Assembly: GCA_043779985.1 (NCBI GenBank)
Contig: JAYWDF010000422.1
Span: 1-34,429 of the forward strand
DNA from: Akkermansiaceae bacterium
GTDB taxonomy: Bacteria > Verrucomicrobiota > Verrucomicrobiia > Verrucomicrobiales > Akkermansiaceae
Reading direction: 5' to 3'
Length of the DNA: 34,429 bases
Shown: piece by piece, positions 17,587 to 26,069 of the stretch
How positions within the stretch are numbered: position 1 is the first letter of the stretch
Layout: every line of letters begins with the position of its first letter
Position numbers and translations under genes: made by a program
Notes under the pieces: model-generated
Database searches by the model: none
What the model was told of the DNA's origin: nothing
The model's input: only the letters and a program-made list of their open reading frames with translations

Positions 17587-18834
17587 TTATTGGCGATGGT
17601 CAGGGACGAGCAGGTTGAGTTCTTCAAACGCCGCCTGCTGCATGGCGATGAGGCGGCGTTGTTCGATGCGGATGGAAAAAAGCTGGCGGTTGGAATCGAG
17701 GAGATCGGTGAGCGTGGACTTGGAGCTGATCCACGCACCTTCCACGGCTTGTGTGGCCTGAAGTGATCGCTGATAGATTTCACCGGAATAGGCACGGGCT
17801 TGGGCGGCGGCGTTGGCCGCGTCGGCCACGGTGGCAAGGACGGCGGAGGCGACTTCCAGACGAACCGATTCAATGTCTTTAGCGGCGGCCTTTTCACGGA
17901 GTTGCGAGGCTTGGATTTTTGCGTCGTAGGAAGTGCTGTTGAAATAAGGGAGGCTCATTTTCAACCCGACGGAAGCACTCCGGAAATCACCGCCTGAATA
18001 GAGGTCGGTCTCGACGGCGACAGAGATCTGCGGCTGGCGCTCCTTTTGAGCGATCTGTGTTTCGGCGGACGATGCGGAGGCCATTTCCTTCATCGAACGA
18101 ACCTTGGGATTGACCCTCGGAACACGTGCGATTTCGACGTTTGCCACAGGCACGGGCAGTGGATCAGCCGGAAGTTGCAGGGTGGGCCAGGGTGATTCCA
18201 GCGGGCGGCCGAGTCGCAGATTCAGACTGCGTGACAGGCTATCACGGGTGCGGCGGGCGGCTTCGAGAATCTGGGTTTCACGGGCAAGTTCGCTTTCCAG
18301 GCGGAGGGCATCGACGCTGGTGGAGCCGGGGTTAACCGCCATCTGCCGGGCATTTACGGCCATTGTATTGAGCCACTGGATCTGACCCGCTTGGAGAGAG
18401 ATCGATTCATCGGAGAGAGCCAATTCGATGGCACCCTTCGCTGCCGCCGTTCCGACTTCGAGTGTCGATGAGCGAGAGTTTTCCAATCCGGCACGCCGCA
18501 GCGCTTCGGCTTTTGCGAGATTCGCGGCGAACAATCCGGGCTTCGGTAGCGGTTGCTCAAAACCCAGGCGAACATCGCCGTCATCACGGCGCGTGGCTTT
18601 GTCGGCCGCCATCAACGAGAGGCCGACCATCGGATCGTCCCACAACCGGACGCCCCGGATGTCGCTATCGGCGGCGGCGGCGAGAAGTTTGGCGGAGCTG
18701 GCCGCTGGATGATTGCGCGAAGCCTCGGCTCGCAAGGAGGAGAGAAATTTCCCGTCAACAAGACGGGCTTCCTGCGCATGGAGCAGGCTCGCGGCCACGA
18801 GGAGACCGGATAGAATGGTGGATGAAATATTCAT
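17587..18834 (-). CDS. Outer-membrane efflux protein (TolC family) of the cus operon
   Basis: Signal peptide, WDDP.VG, EQPLP.PG, NP, P...V, MSLPYFN. Immediately upstream of cusB. Confidence 0.88.
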   Translation of the reverse strand: MNISSTILSGLLVAASLLHAQEARLVDGKFLSSLRAEASRNHPAASSAKLLAAAADSDIRGVRLWDDPMVGLSLMAADKATRRDDGDVRLGFEQPLPKPGLFAANLAKAEALRRAGLENSRSSTLEVGTAAAKGAIELALSDESISLQAGQIQWLNTMAVNARQMAVNPGSTSVDALRLESELARETQILEAARRTRDSLSRSLNLRLGRPLESPWPTLQLPADPLPVPVANVEIARVPRVNPKVRSMKEMASASSAETQIAQKERQPQISVAVETDLYSGGDFRSASVGLKMSLPYFNSTSYDAKIQASQLREKAAAKDIESVRLEVASAVLATVADAANAAAQARAYSGEIYQRSLQATQAVEGAWISSKSTLTDLLDSNRQLFSIRIEQRRLIAMQQAAFEELNLLVPDHRQ

Positions 18835-18936
18835 AAGTCATGTGAGTCATTGGAAGGAATTTCCAAGCGCTTGATCGCTAGCAGCCGAAACGGTGGCCGC
18901 CATGGATGGGCGCAGTACGCCTGTTATGGCGCGGAC

Positions 18937-19302
18937 TCAGATGACGAAACAGCAGAAGGCCACGGACAGCGGCACTCCTGAATAACCATTCCGGATTTCC
19001 AATGCGGATGCGGTGGCAAGCACAGTATCGGCGGGAGGAACAATCAAAGCATCGAGACGGGGTGTCTCGGGAGCTTTTGAAAATAAAAATTTCAAATCAA
19101 CCGATTCTGGAATCAGCGGAGTTGGCTTCTGCTTTTGATTGCTGCCCTTCACACAAGGGCAGGATTTCATGTCCTTGCAGCAATCCATCCGTTGCGCGGA
19201 AGTGGCGCAGGGTTTCGCTGTTTCACCAGCCAAGCACGATGGTACCTGAGAGAGCTGGATGACCAGCCCTAGGAGGAGCGCGATGACTGACTTGATGACC
19301 AT
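18937..19302 (-). CDS. Cys-rich exported or leader protein preceding the cus operon (121 aa)
   Basis: Hydrophobic N-terminus from ATG 19302, C...C...CC....CPC cluster, Pro-rich linker, C-terminus VPLSVAFCCFVI. Confidence 0.75.
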   Translation of the reverse strand: MVIKSVIALLLGLVIQLSQVPSCLAGETAKPCATSAQRMDCCKDMKSCPCVKGSNQKQKPTPLIPESVDLKFLFSKAPETPRLDALIVPPADTVLATASALEIRNGYSGVPLSVAFCCFVI

Positions 19303-19384
19303 TGTGATGGTGGGAGTAATTCTTGTGCTAGAGTATTTCAAAATCGCTGCCAATCCGCCACCCAAAAAATGGCCGGCTACAAAG

Positions 19385-19412
19385 GTGATAACCCGGCATC
19401 TTCAGAAACCCT
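19385..19412 (-). promoter_or_regulatory. Putative ECF promoter, copy 3 (cus operon)
   Basis: Minus strand AGGGTTT-ctgaagatgc-CGG-GTTATC-AC, 82 nt upstream of ATG 19302. Confidence 0.7.
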
Positions 19413-19464
19413 GGAAACATTCCGAAAAAGGCGCGGCGCGGACCGCATGGTTTTTCCAGCCGCA

Positions 19465-19935
19465 TCATCGGTCGCCCGTTGCTCCGGATTTACTGGGATC
19501 ACACTCAAGAGCGAATGGCAACATCGCCTCCAGGTAGCGGGATGCCTGATCCTTATCGAGGATCGCCGCAGTTTCGTATATATGCCTGATCATCTCCTGC
19601 TGGCATTGGCTCCGGGTTTCCGAGTGCTCGCGGATTGCGGCTCCCAGTTCCGGACTCATTTCCCGGCTTCCCTTCGCCGCAACACTGACCTTCTCGCCGG
19701 CTGCGGCGATCCGGCGGCACATTTCCGTGCACTTCGGGAGATAGGCGGTGTGAAGAGCCGTTACTTTTTCAAGCTGCCCGTCGGTGAGTTTCAATTCCGT
19801 CCGCACCCAGGCAAGTTCCGGCAGACAGTCTCGCAACAGTGCCTGACGTTCCGCCATCTTGTGCGAACGCATCAGGCAAAATGACGCCACTCCGGCCATC
19901 AGGATGATCCCGAGAAAAATCAGTCCCTTTTTCAT
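19465..19935 (-). CDS. Membrane-anchored periplasmic heavy-metal sensor (CnrX/ZraP-like helical protein)
   Basis: N-terminal TM; ELAW...ELKLT..Q; CTEMC; CQQEMIRH; L...Q..RY. ATGA-coupled to the upstream putative anti-sigma. Confidence 0.82.
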   Translation of the reverse strand: MKKGLIFLGIILMAGVASFCLMRSHKMAERQALLRDCLPELAWVRTELKLTDGQLEKVTALHTAYLPKCTEMCRRIAAAGEKVSVAAKGSREMSPELGAAIREHSETRSQCQQEMIRHIYETAAILDKDQASRYLEAMLPFALECDPSKSGATGDR

Positions 19936-20234
19936 TTTTGGGGATTCTGGATGAACGGGCTGATCGAGTTGGCGTAAGCCATCCGGTCACTTGTTGAATC
20001 AGGCGTGCTGGATGCTCCCAACCACAACCCCATCGCGATGATGGCGGCTAGTCCAGACGCTGCGCTCCAAGGACATGTCAAAGCATCCAGAAACGCATGG
20101 AACCAGGCAAAGCCCGGTTTGGTCTCCAACCGTGCGGTTTCCACACGGTGCCAGACTCCTTGACGAAATGAGGCCGGCAAAGGGAAGTCCCTGTTTGCCG
20201 TTCTCAACAGGTCATCGAATTCCGAATCGTTCAT
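19932..20234 (-). CDS. Putative single-pass anti-sigma factor (CnrY-like topology)
   Basis: N-terminal D.LL.....P.P.SF...VW.RV, one TM helix, short periplasmic tail AYANSISPF. Coupled to the sensor gene. Confidence 0.7.
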   Translation of the reverse strand: MNDSEFDDLLRTANRDFPLPASFRQGVWHRVETARLETKPGFAWFHAFLDALTCPWSAASGLAAIIAMGLWLGASSTPDSTSDRMAYANSISPFIQNPQK

Positions 20235-20270
20235 GATTGTGAATGTAGGGTCGCCTCGACGACCGGGTTG

Positions 20271-20588
20271 TCACGCGTGTAATCCTTTGCGGCAGACCGA
20301 AACTTGATTTGCAGTAGGGAGGGTGCATTTCTTATCGCAAGTGACGACAGTTTTAAAGCCCGGTTGCGCGGCACGGCCTCCGGCAAAACCATTCGGCACC
20401 GTCTTTTTAGCACAGCAGGAATCCGCCTTACAGCGTTCGTTCAGCACGAATTGCGTGTGAGTGCTCGAACTCGGCTTGGATAGATAACGTGAGATGGCTT
20501 GGGAAGCGGCAGGGTCAGCCAAAGCCACCGACGACAGGGACGCGATGGCGAAGAGGCCTATGGCGAGATTAAGGAATATAGTTTTCAT
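20271..20588 (-). CDS. Secreted Cys-rich protein (105 aa, 6 Cys)
   Basis: Sec signal (ALA); C....CC...C...C...C. First gene of the anti-sigma/sensor unit. Confidence 0.75.
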   Translation of the reverse strand: MKTIFLNLAIGLFAIASLSSVALADPAASQAISRYLSKPSSSTHTQFVLNERCKADSCCAKKTVPNGFAGGRAAQPGFKTVVTCDKKCTLPTANQVSVCRKGLHA

Positions 20589-20648
20589 ATTCTTATTCTA
20601 AGTTCTAGTTCGTGTTGATTGGAACGTTTGGTTTCTGAGTTCCACAAG

Positions 20649-20676
20649 GTAAAACACCGGTCCTTGGTGAAACCCT
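20649..20676 (-). promoter_or_regulatory. Putative ECF promoter, copy 4
   Basis: Minus strand AGGGTTT-caccaaggac-CGG-TGTTTT-AC, 60 nt upstream of ATG 20588. Confidence 0.65.
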
Positions 20677-20800
20677 TGGAAGAATTGCCAAGGCCGCGCT
20701 GTCCTCCAGTTCAAGAGTATAGTGGACACGAAAGTGCCCAGGTTGACCGGCAAGGGAATTGAAAATCACCCTAATTCTTCGGCCGCAGCGTGCTCAATTT

Positions 20801-21238
20801 CTATTTTGATACAACCCGCTCGGCCATGAGCATGAGGACCGGGATTTTCACCCGATGGCGGACTTTGTCGGCCGTGTTCCCGAAGATCAAATCGCCAATC
20901 AGCTTGTGACCGTGGGTGGCCATGGCAATGAGATCGACGCCGCGCTCGATGGCCAGCTTGACGATTTCATCGGCGGGCTCACCCAGCGCGAGAACGGCAT
21001 CGCAATCGAAGCCCTCTGAGCTGAGTTCCTCAACGCGGCGTTCGAGGTAGGCGCGGTCTTCGCGCATCTCTTCGCTCTCCTGAAGTCCTAACACGTCGAA
21101 GTTCCGCGCAGCCCAGCCATCGGCGACGTGGATCAGCAACAGCCGCGCACCGGTCAATTTGGCCAGCTTGCGGACATGGATAAGGATGGACGCATCGGCC
21201 CAATCGTTTTCCAGAGGAATGAGAATGTGTTGGTACAT
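20801..21238 (-). CDS. Universal stress protein (USP domain)
   Basis: MYQHILIP, L.LIHV, G.PA.EIV, DLIAMATHG......FGNTA..V.....PVL. Starts 8 nt after the mntH stop. Confidence 0.92.
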   Translation of the reverse strand: MYQHILIPLENDWADASILIHVRKLAKLTGARLLLIHVADGWAARNFDVLGLQESEEMREDRAYLERRVEELSSEGFDCDAVLALGEPADEIVKLAIERGVDLIAMATHGHKLIGDLIFGNTADKVRHRVKIPVLMLMAERVVSK

Positions 21239-21246
21239 CGGGTCAC

Positions 21247-22647
21247 TCAGAGGGTGGGAAATCCGACAAAATCATACACCCGGTTCATGATTTGCGCGGG
21301 AACAAAGGTATCGAGCAGCAATTTCACGTTCAGCACGATGATGATGATGGTGGTGCTCCAGCCGAGGATTTTGATCCAAAGCGGATTGACGAACTGGCCC
21401 ATCTTCGCCTTTTCGCCGGTGAAACGCATGAGCGGCCAGACCGCAAAACCGAGCTGCATGCTGAGGACCACCTGGCTACCGATGAGAAGTTCCGTCGTTT
21501 TACCTTCGCCAAAAATCACGATGATCACCACCGCAGGAATCACCGCCAGACCGCGGGTGATGATGCGGCGCAACCAGGGACGAACGCGGATATTGATGAA
21601 GCCCTCCATCACAATCTGTCCCGCCAGCGTGCCGGTGAGGGTGGAATTCTGCCCGGAGGCAAGCAGGGCGATGGCGAACAACGCGCTGGCACCAGCAACC
21701 CCAAGCACGGGAGTCAGAAGTTTATATGCATCTTGAATGGCGGCCACATCCTCGTGACCCGACCAGTGAAATGCCGAAGCGGCAAGGATGAGAATGCCAC
21801 CATTGATGAAGAGCGCGAACATCAGCGCGACCGTGGAATCGATGGTGCCAAACTTGATGGCTTCGCGTTTCCCGTCGGTAGTTTGATCGAACCGCCGTGT
21901 CTGGACGATGGATGAATGCAGGTAGAGATTGTGCGGCATCACCGTCGCGCCCAGAATACCGATGGCGATATAGAGCATCTGGGGATTTTTCAAAATCTCA
22001 GCGCTCGGAGCAAAGCCATGAACAATCCCTCCCATGTTAGGCTTCGAAAAAATCAACTCCGCCGCGAAGCAGCCTCCGATGGTGAGGATCAAGGTGATCA
22101 CCAACGCCTCGACGTAGCGGAAACCCTTTTGTTGCAAAAACAATACCGCCAATACATCGGCGCACGTGATGATGCAGCCCCACGCCAGCGGGATGCCGAA
22201 CAAGAGCTGCAACCCGATTGCAGAGCCGACCACTTCCGCCAGATCGCAGGCGGCGATGGCCACTTCGCAGAGCACCCAGAGGAACCAGACCGTGGGTTTG
22301 GAATAATGATCGCGGCAGGCTTGAGCGAGATCCCGACCCGTGGCGACCCCCAGCTTGATGCAGAGATGCTGAAGGAGAATCGCCATCAGATTGGAAATCA
22401 TGATGACCGAAAGGAGCGTGTACCCGAACCTCGCCCCGCCAGCCAGATCGGTGGCCCAATTTCCCGGGTCCATGTAGCCGACCGCAACGAGGAAACCCGG
22501 TCCCGAGAACGCCAGCAACTTTCGCCAGAACGATGCGCCGGCCGGGATCGTGATGCTTCGATGGACCTCCGGAAGGGACACCGTGCCCTCCCGGCGGACC
22601 CAGCCAGGGCCGATTGTTTGTGGAACTTGTGGATCGAGAGAATTCAT
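21247..22647 (-). CDS. mntH: Nramp-family divalent metal (Mn2+) transporter
   Basis: [18 protein letters not shown]; [13 protein letters not shown]; [19 protein letters not shown]. Alternative GTG start at 22671. Confidence 0.95.
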   Translation of the reverse strand: MNSLDPQVPQTIGPGWVRREGTVSLPEVHRSITIPAGASFWRKLLAFSGPGFLVAVGYMDPGNWATDLAGGARFGYTLLSVIMISNLMAILLQHLCIKLGVATGRDLAQACRDHYSKPTVWFLWVLCEVAIAACDLAEVVGSAIGLQLLFGIPLAWGCIITCADVLAVLFLQQKGFRYVEALVITLILTIGGCFAAELIFSKPNMGGIVHGFAPSAEILKNPQMLYIAIGILGATVMPHNLYLHSSIVQTRRFDQTTDGKREAIKFGTIDSTVALMFALFINGGILILAASAFHWSGHEDVAAIQDAYKLLTPVLGVAGASALFAIALLASGQNSTLTGTLAGQIVMEGFINIRVRPWLRRIITRGLAVIPAVVIIVIFGEGKTTELLIGSQVVLSMQLGFAVWPLMRFTGEKAKMGQFVNPLWIKILGWSTTIIIIVLNVKLLLDTFVPAQIMNRVYDFVGFPTL

Positions 22648-22706
22648 GGGAGCCGCTTGAGGGATATCCACGATTTACTTGCGCAGGGTATTAGTCGCAA
22701 CAATAT

Positions 22707-22726
22707 AATTTAGGTTTGGCTAAGTT
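22707..22726. promoter_or_regulatory. MntR/DtxR-type operator upstream of mntH
   Basis: AATTTAG-GTTTGG-CTAAGTT (TTAG-N6-CTAA palindrome) next to a minus-strand TATATT -10-like hexamer (22702-22707). Confidence 0.65.
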
Positions 22727-23235
22727 GTGACCGCTAACACGTTGCTCCGACCGCCGCGTCGATGCCCGAGGTTCAATTCCCGAGGGGCAATGGTCGGCAT
22801 ATTCGACCGGGATGATCGCGGTTCCCGGCATCCCTGGTGGGGGCCTTCCAGCTAATGCTCCTCAACGCCGTGTTGATGCCATAGGTGCCTTTGTTGTCGT
22901 TCCAGGGGCGACGGTGGGCGGGGTTAACCTCGATGACTTTATCCAAACGGCTGCACGGTGCTGAGCGCCTCTTACGCGATGTTGGATTCGAAGGGGCTCC
23001 GCCAGGGGCGCTGGTGGAAAACAGATCGCCGCCGAGGAGGGCGGTGATGCCCTTGCATAAGCGTGGTGCTAAACGGCAAGCCTATGAATTTGCTGCGGGG
23101 GTAGCATAGCGGAGCCGTCCGCGGCGGCCAGACTTCACGAGGGCATAATTGGTAGCAGTGATAATCCGTCAGGCTGTGACTGCTATACTACGCTCCGGCC
23201 AGAATCTTCAGATGGGGGTAGGGCGACGTTAGGTT

Positions 23236-24018
23236 TTATGGTGAGTGAGACGAGTCGAAAATCGGAGCGAGGATGGTATTGAATATGGCCCGGCTTGCAG
23301 CCTCCACGTGTAGCTTCACTTCTTGCCATGGATCTTTTTCGCAGCGTGGCGATGTCCGAGTAGCCACGTACCCGAACAGGTCCGGAACAGAGAGGCTGTG
23401 TTTTTGGTCGAAGAATGAAGGCCCCTTGTGGATCATGGCCAAGGCCTCCTTCGATAGAAACTTTGGTTTCCAGAGTGGAATTGGGGGAATAGTTTGAAGT
23501 CCGATTAATGGCGAGGCATTAGGATCGGCCGTCCACGATCGGAACAAACTTCGCGTGATTGACATTCCTATATCGCGGAAATCCTTGCAGGACGATACGG
23601 CGGCGAAATAGTTTGGGAGGCCGTTTTGAATGGGCAATAGTGCAGCGCTAGAAGTGGCGCTCGCCAGTCCGCAATACTCCAAGACATCAAACATCGGATC
23701 GGAAATATTGAAACCGGTTTTGGTGTCAATGATCAGGAATTTGTTCATCGAGCGTGCTTCTGTAATAATTGGGATCAGGCAGCCGAGATTCTCAATTCCA
23801 CTTTGGCCGGGAGTTGAGGCGTCGGGAACCGGGAGTCGTCTGAGATCGGAACCGATTTCTGGATACCTGCGATCTTGGTCGAAGGTGGCAAGAATCGCGG
23901 GAATGCCCGACAGTTTGCACGCCAGGTAAGTTTCCCAAGCAAAGAGGGATCCTCCGTATCCACCGCGAGGGTTGGTCACGATGGCGATGTGAAGTCCGGG
24001 ATGGAGTTTGTTGTTCAT
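23236..24018 (-). CDS. Degenerate ParA/MinD-like P-loop protein
   Basis: IAIVTNPRGGYGGS at the position of the deviant Walker A (KGGxGKS/T); ILATFD; FLIIDT (Walker B-like). Confidence 0.55.
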   Translation of the reverse strand: MNNKLHPGLHIAIVTNPRGGYGGSLFAWETYLACKLSGIPAILATFDQDRRYPEIGSDLRRLPVPDASTPGQSGIENLGCLIPIITEARSMNKFLIIDTKTGFNISDPMFDVLEYCGLASATSSAALLPIQNGLPNYFAAVSSCKDFRDIGMSITRSLFRSWTADPNASPLIGLQTIPPIPLWKPKFLSKEALAMIHKGPSFFDQKHSLSVPDLFGYVATRTSPRCEKDPWQEVKLHVEAASRAIFNTILAPIFDSSHSP

Positions 24019-24139
24019 GTGATGAGTTGGTGTATTCAGAGGTTTATTAATCTGGATGTGTAGGGATCATTGACGGGTGAGATTGCACCCATGCTGGTTT
24101 TTGGGAACTCATTGGAGCGTTGGGGGGGCTTCACCCGCC

Positions 24140-25222
24140 TCAGACACTTGGTGCGAGGGCTTTGATGAGGAATTCGTGTTGGTTGGCAGGCATGACTTCA
24201 ATGAGCCGCAACAGAGATTCCGGAGGAATCACCAGTTTATGATGATGAGACAGCCGTTCGAAGATCGAAGCGAAGCTGTTATTATGGGAAGCAAGCCACT
24301 CGGATGAATGGCTTTCCAACGACGTTAACAGCTCTTCGTGCATGTCGGGGTCGGGAACTCCAAATTTTGCTTGCCAACAACACGCGTAACTTCGAGCGAG
24401 CAAAATTGCCTGTTCGAGCGGCGGCAGTTTCCCTCGTGCGAAAAACGCGGAAGAAGGGGCCGCCGCGGCGCACAGCCGCAACATGTCGTGCGGGATTTTG
24501 CCAGCGGCGTGCTCCAGGATGACCGAAGGGTGATTGATCAAGGCGTCAGCAAGCTGCGACGTGGTCAAGCACTCGAATGCGAACTGTATAGCCACCGCGG
24601 GGCAGGCGAGTATGCAGCTTTCCAATTGAATTTCAGAAAGCCTGAGTTTTAGATGCTCGAGCACCGTCGCCGGGGATTGTCTAACCCAGAAAGCGATTTC
24701 CTCGTCGGTTAGGCTCCAGGGCGCAAACTTGAGCAAGGCTTCCGGGGTCTTGGCCCGCCACAGGTCGATCTGCCTCGCAACGATGTGCCCCAACCAATCG
24801 GGATGAGCATCCGCCATGAAATCGCGGAGCCTCTCATCGTCTAACTGCGGATTGGAATCGTTACGTCCCTGGACCTCTAGCAGGTTCATCCATTCGTTGC
24901 CGGTTGCTGGCTCGCGATCAGGCAAGTCGAGGAGCTGCGGCCGGAAGTCTTCGTCGATCCGGAAAAACTTCCATGAGAAAGCGCGACGGCCGCGAACCAT
25001 CTCCTTGATCACTACCAAGTCCCGCCGTTGGACATGAATGAGTAGTGCATGGAGCAGGCCAGCTTCGGGACCTAAGGCCAGTCCGTGGGCGAGAAATCCG
25101 TCTTTGCAGGCATGGGAACATAGCGTTGCTATGACTGGTTTGTTCTTCGAATTGTAGGGTAAGCGCGATTCGAAAGCGATCCGGGCGGTTTGTTTATCCA
25201 GTTGTTTTAATGTATACTTCAT
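24140..25222 (-). CDS. Hypothetical protein, 360 aa, with short helical repeats (paralog A)
   Basis: Long ORF; aligns without gaps to 26070-27152; repeats of about 24 aa of the form L...Q+..C....P..A+.FA. Confidence 0.8.
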   Translation of the reverse strand: MKYTLKQLDKQTARIAFESRLPYNSKNKPVIATLCSHACKDGFLAHGLALGPEAGLLHALLIHVQRRDLVVIKEMVRGRRAFSWKFFRIDEDFRPQLLDLPDREPATGNEWMNLLEVQGRNDSNPQLDDERLRDFMADAHPDWLGHIVARQIDLWRAKTPEALLKFAPWSLTDEEIAFWVRQSPATVLEHLKLRLSEIQLESCILACPAVAIQFAFECLTTSQLADALINHPSVILEHAAGKIPHDMLRLCAAAAPSSAFFARGKLPPLEQAILLARSYACCWQAKFGVPDPDMHEELLTSLESHSSEWLASHNNSFASIFERLSHHHKLVIPPESLLRLIEVMPANQHEFLIKALAPSV

Positions 25223-25459
25223 GTTTTGGTGTGTCTGTGTGTGACTAGGGAAAAAATCAAAAAAGGTGGTTTGTTCGGACAGTTATCCATATGCGCGGGT
25301 AGTTCTTCGGCAGAGCACCGAGAGCAGCCCGTCGGGCATCCGCGGCAAGTCGGAATTTGGTTGCTATGCGAAACCTTGGTGGGTCGGAATAAGGCAATAT
25401 TGTTGGGTCTCTTCTCTTCTTCTGCCGGTCTTCCCCATCTTCCGCCCCACCTCGAAATC

Positions 25460-26010
25460 GGAGCCGATGGAGCGCAAGCGCCACCGAGCCAGGATTTCAC
25501 TCATGCAGTCTGCTGGATCGAGCCCGCCCGCCAAATCCCACAGAGGGCCGGCAAAGCGAAGCGCCAGAAAGGCCATCGGCCGCCTCTTCTCGGAAAGGGG
25601 GGAATGCAAACATTCCCCCCTGCCCGTCGGCGAGACCGGGGACGCAATGTCAAGGGAGGGGAATCACCCGGTTTGCAGCACCGCGAAAACCGGGGAAACC
25701 CTTGACAGCGCGAGGGGCGGCGCCCCTTAGCAGATCGGTTAGTCTCTGAAGAGCTCCCCAATTCCGAACCGACGTGAAGCTCATCATCGTGGCGGAAAGA
25801 TCCGGGCTGATGGAGGCGAGCGCCGGAAGTCCAGTCGGGCCGCGACGGCTGGGAGAGGTGGAGGACTGAGACCGTTTATGGCTGCTCCGGAGTAACGAGG
25901 GTAATGCAGCCTTGAGCCGCCTGCGGCGGGGAGGAGGGGCTTGGGGAAACCTCCCCAGGAGTATGGGGAGCGGCGCACGCAGTAGCCGCTTGGGGAAAGT
26001 CGTTTCCCCG
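25460..26010. other. Hairpin-dense non-coding spacer
   Basis: Perfect 11-bp stem at 25596-25621; TGTCAAGGG/CCCTTGACA (25648-25707) enclosing CCGGTTT/AAACCGG; three short stems at about 25940-26010; GCTTGGGGAAA occurs twice. Confidence 0.55.
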
Positions 26011-26069
26011 GTCTGGTTCCGATGCGCCCCCTAATGCCTATTCCATCTGAACCTGAATAGCCGATGCTC

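Noticed and set aside
3764-22713. Numerous long antisense or alternative-frame ORFs over the RND, OMF and mntH genes (e.g. 3764-4603, 16159-17028, 21916-22713)
   Set aside because: Typical shadow ORFs of GC-rich coding DNA, overlapping well-supported genes.
22763-22790. GGTTCAATTCC resembling a tRNA T-loop or att remnant at the island junction
   Set aside because: The flanks do not form a 5-bp T-stem, and there is no cloverleaf and no second copy.
22773-22949. Minus-strand frame LDKVIEVNPAHRRPWNDNKG resembling a TPR fragment
   Set aside because: Too short, with no convincing start. The similarity may be chance.
25675-25702. Further AGGGTTT hits (minus strand at about 25696-25702, and inside cusB at about 16064-16070)
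   Set aside because: No CGG-N6-AC at the conserved spacing, so not counted as regulon members.
25219-25978. Short ORFs in the spacer between the paralogs
   Set aside because: Mutually overlapping, Arg/Pro/Gly-rich and without motifs. The region is better explained as structured non-coding DNA.
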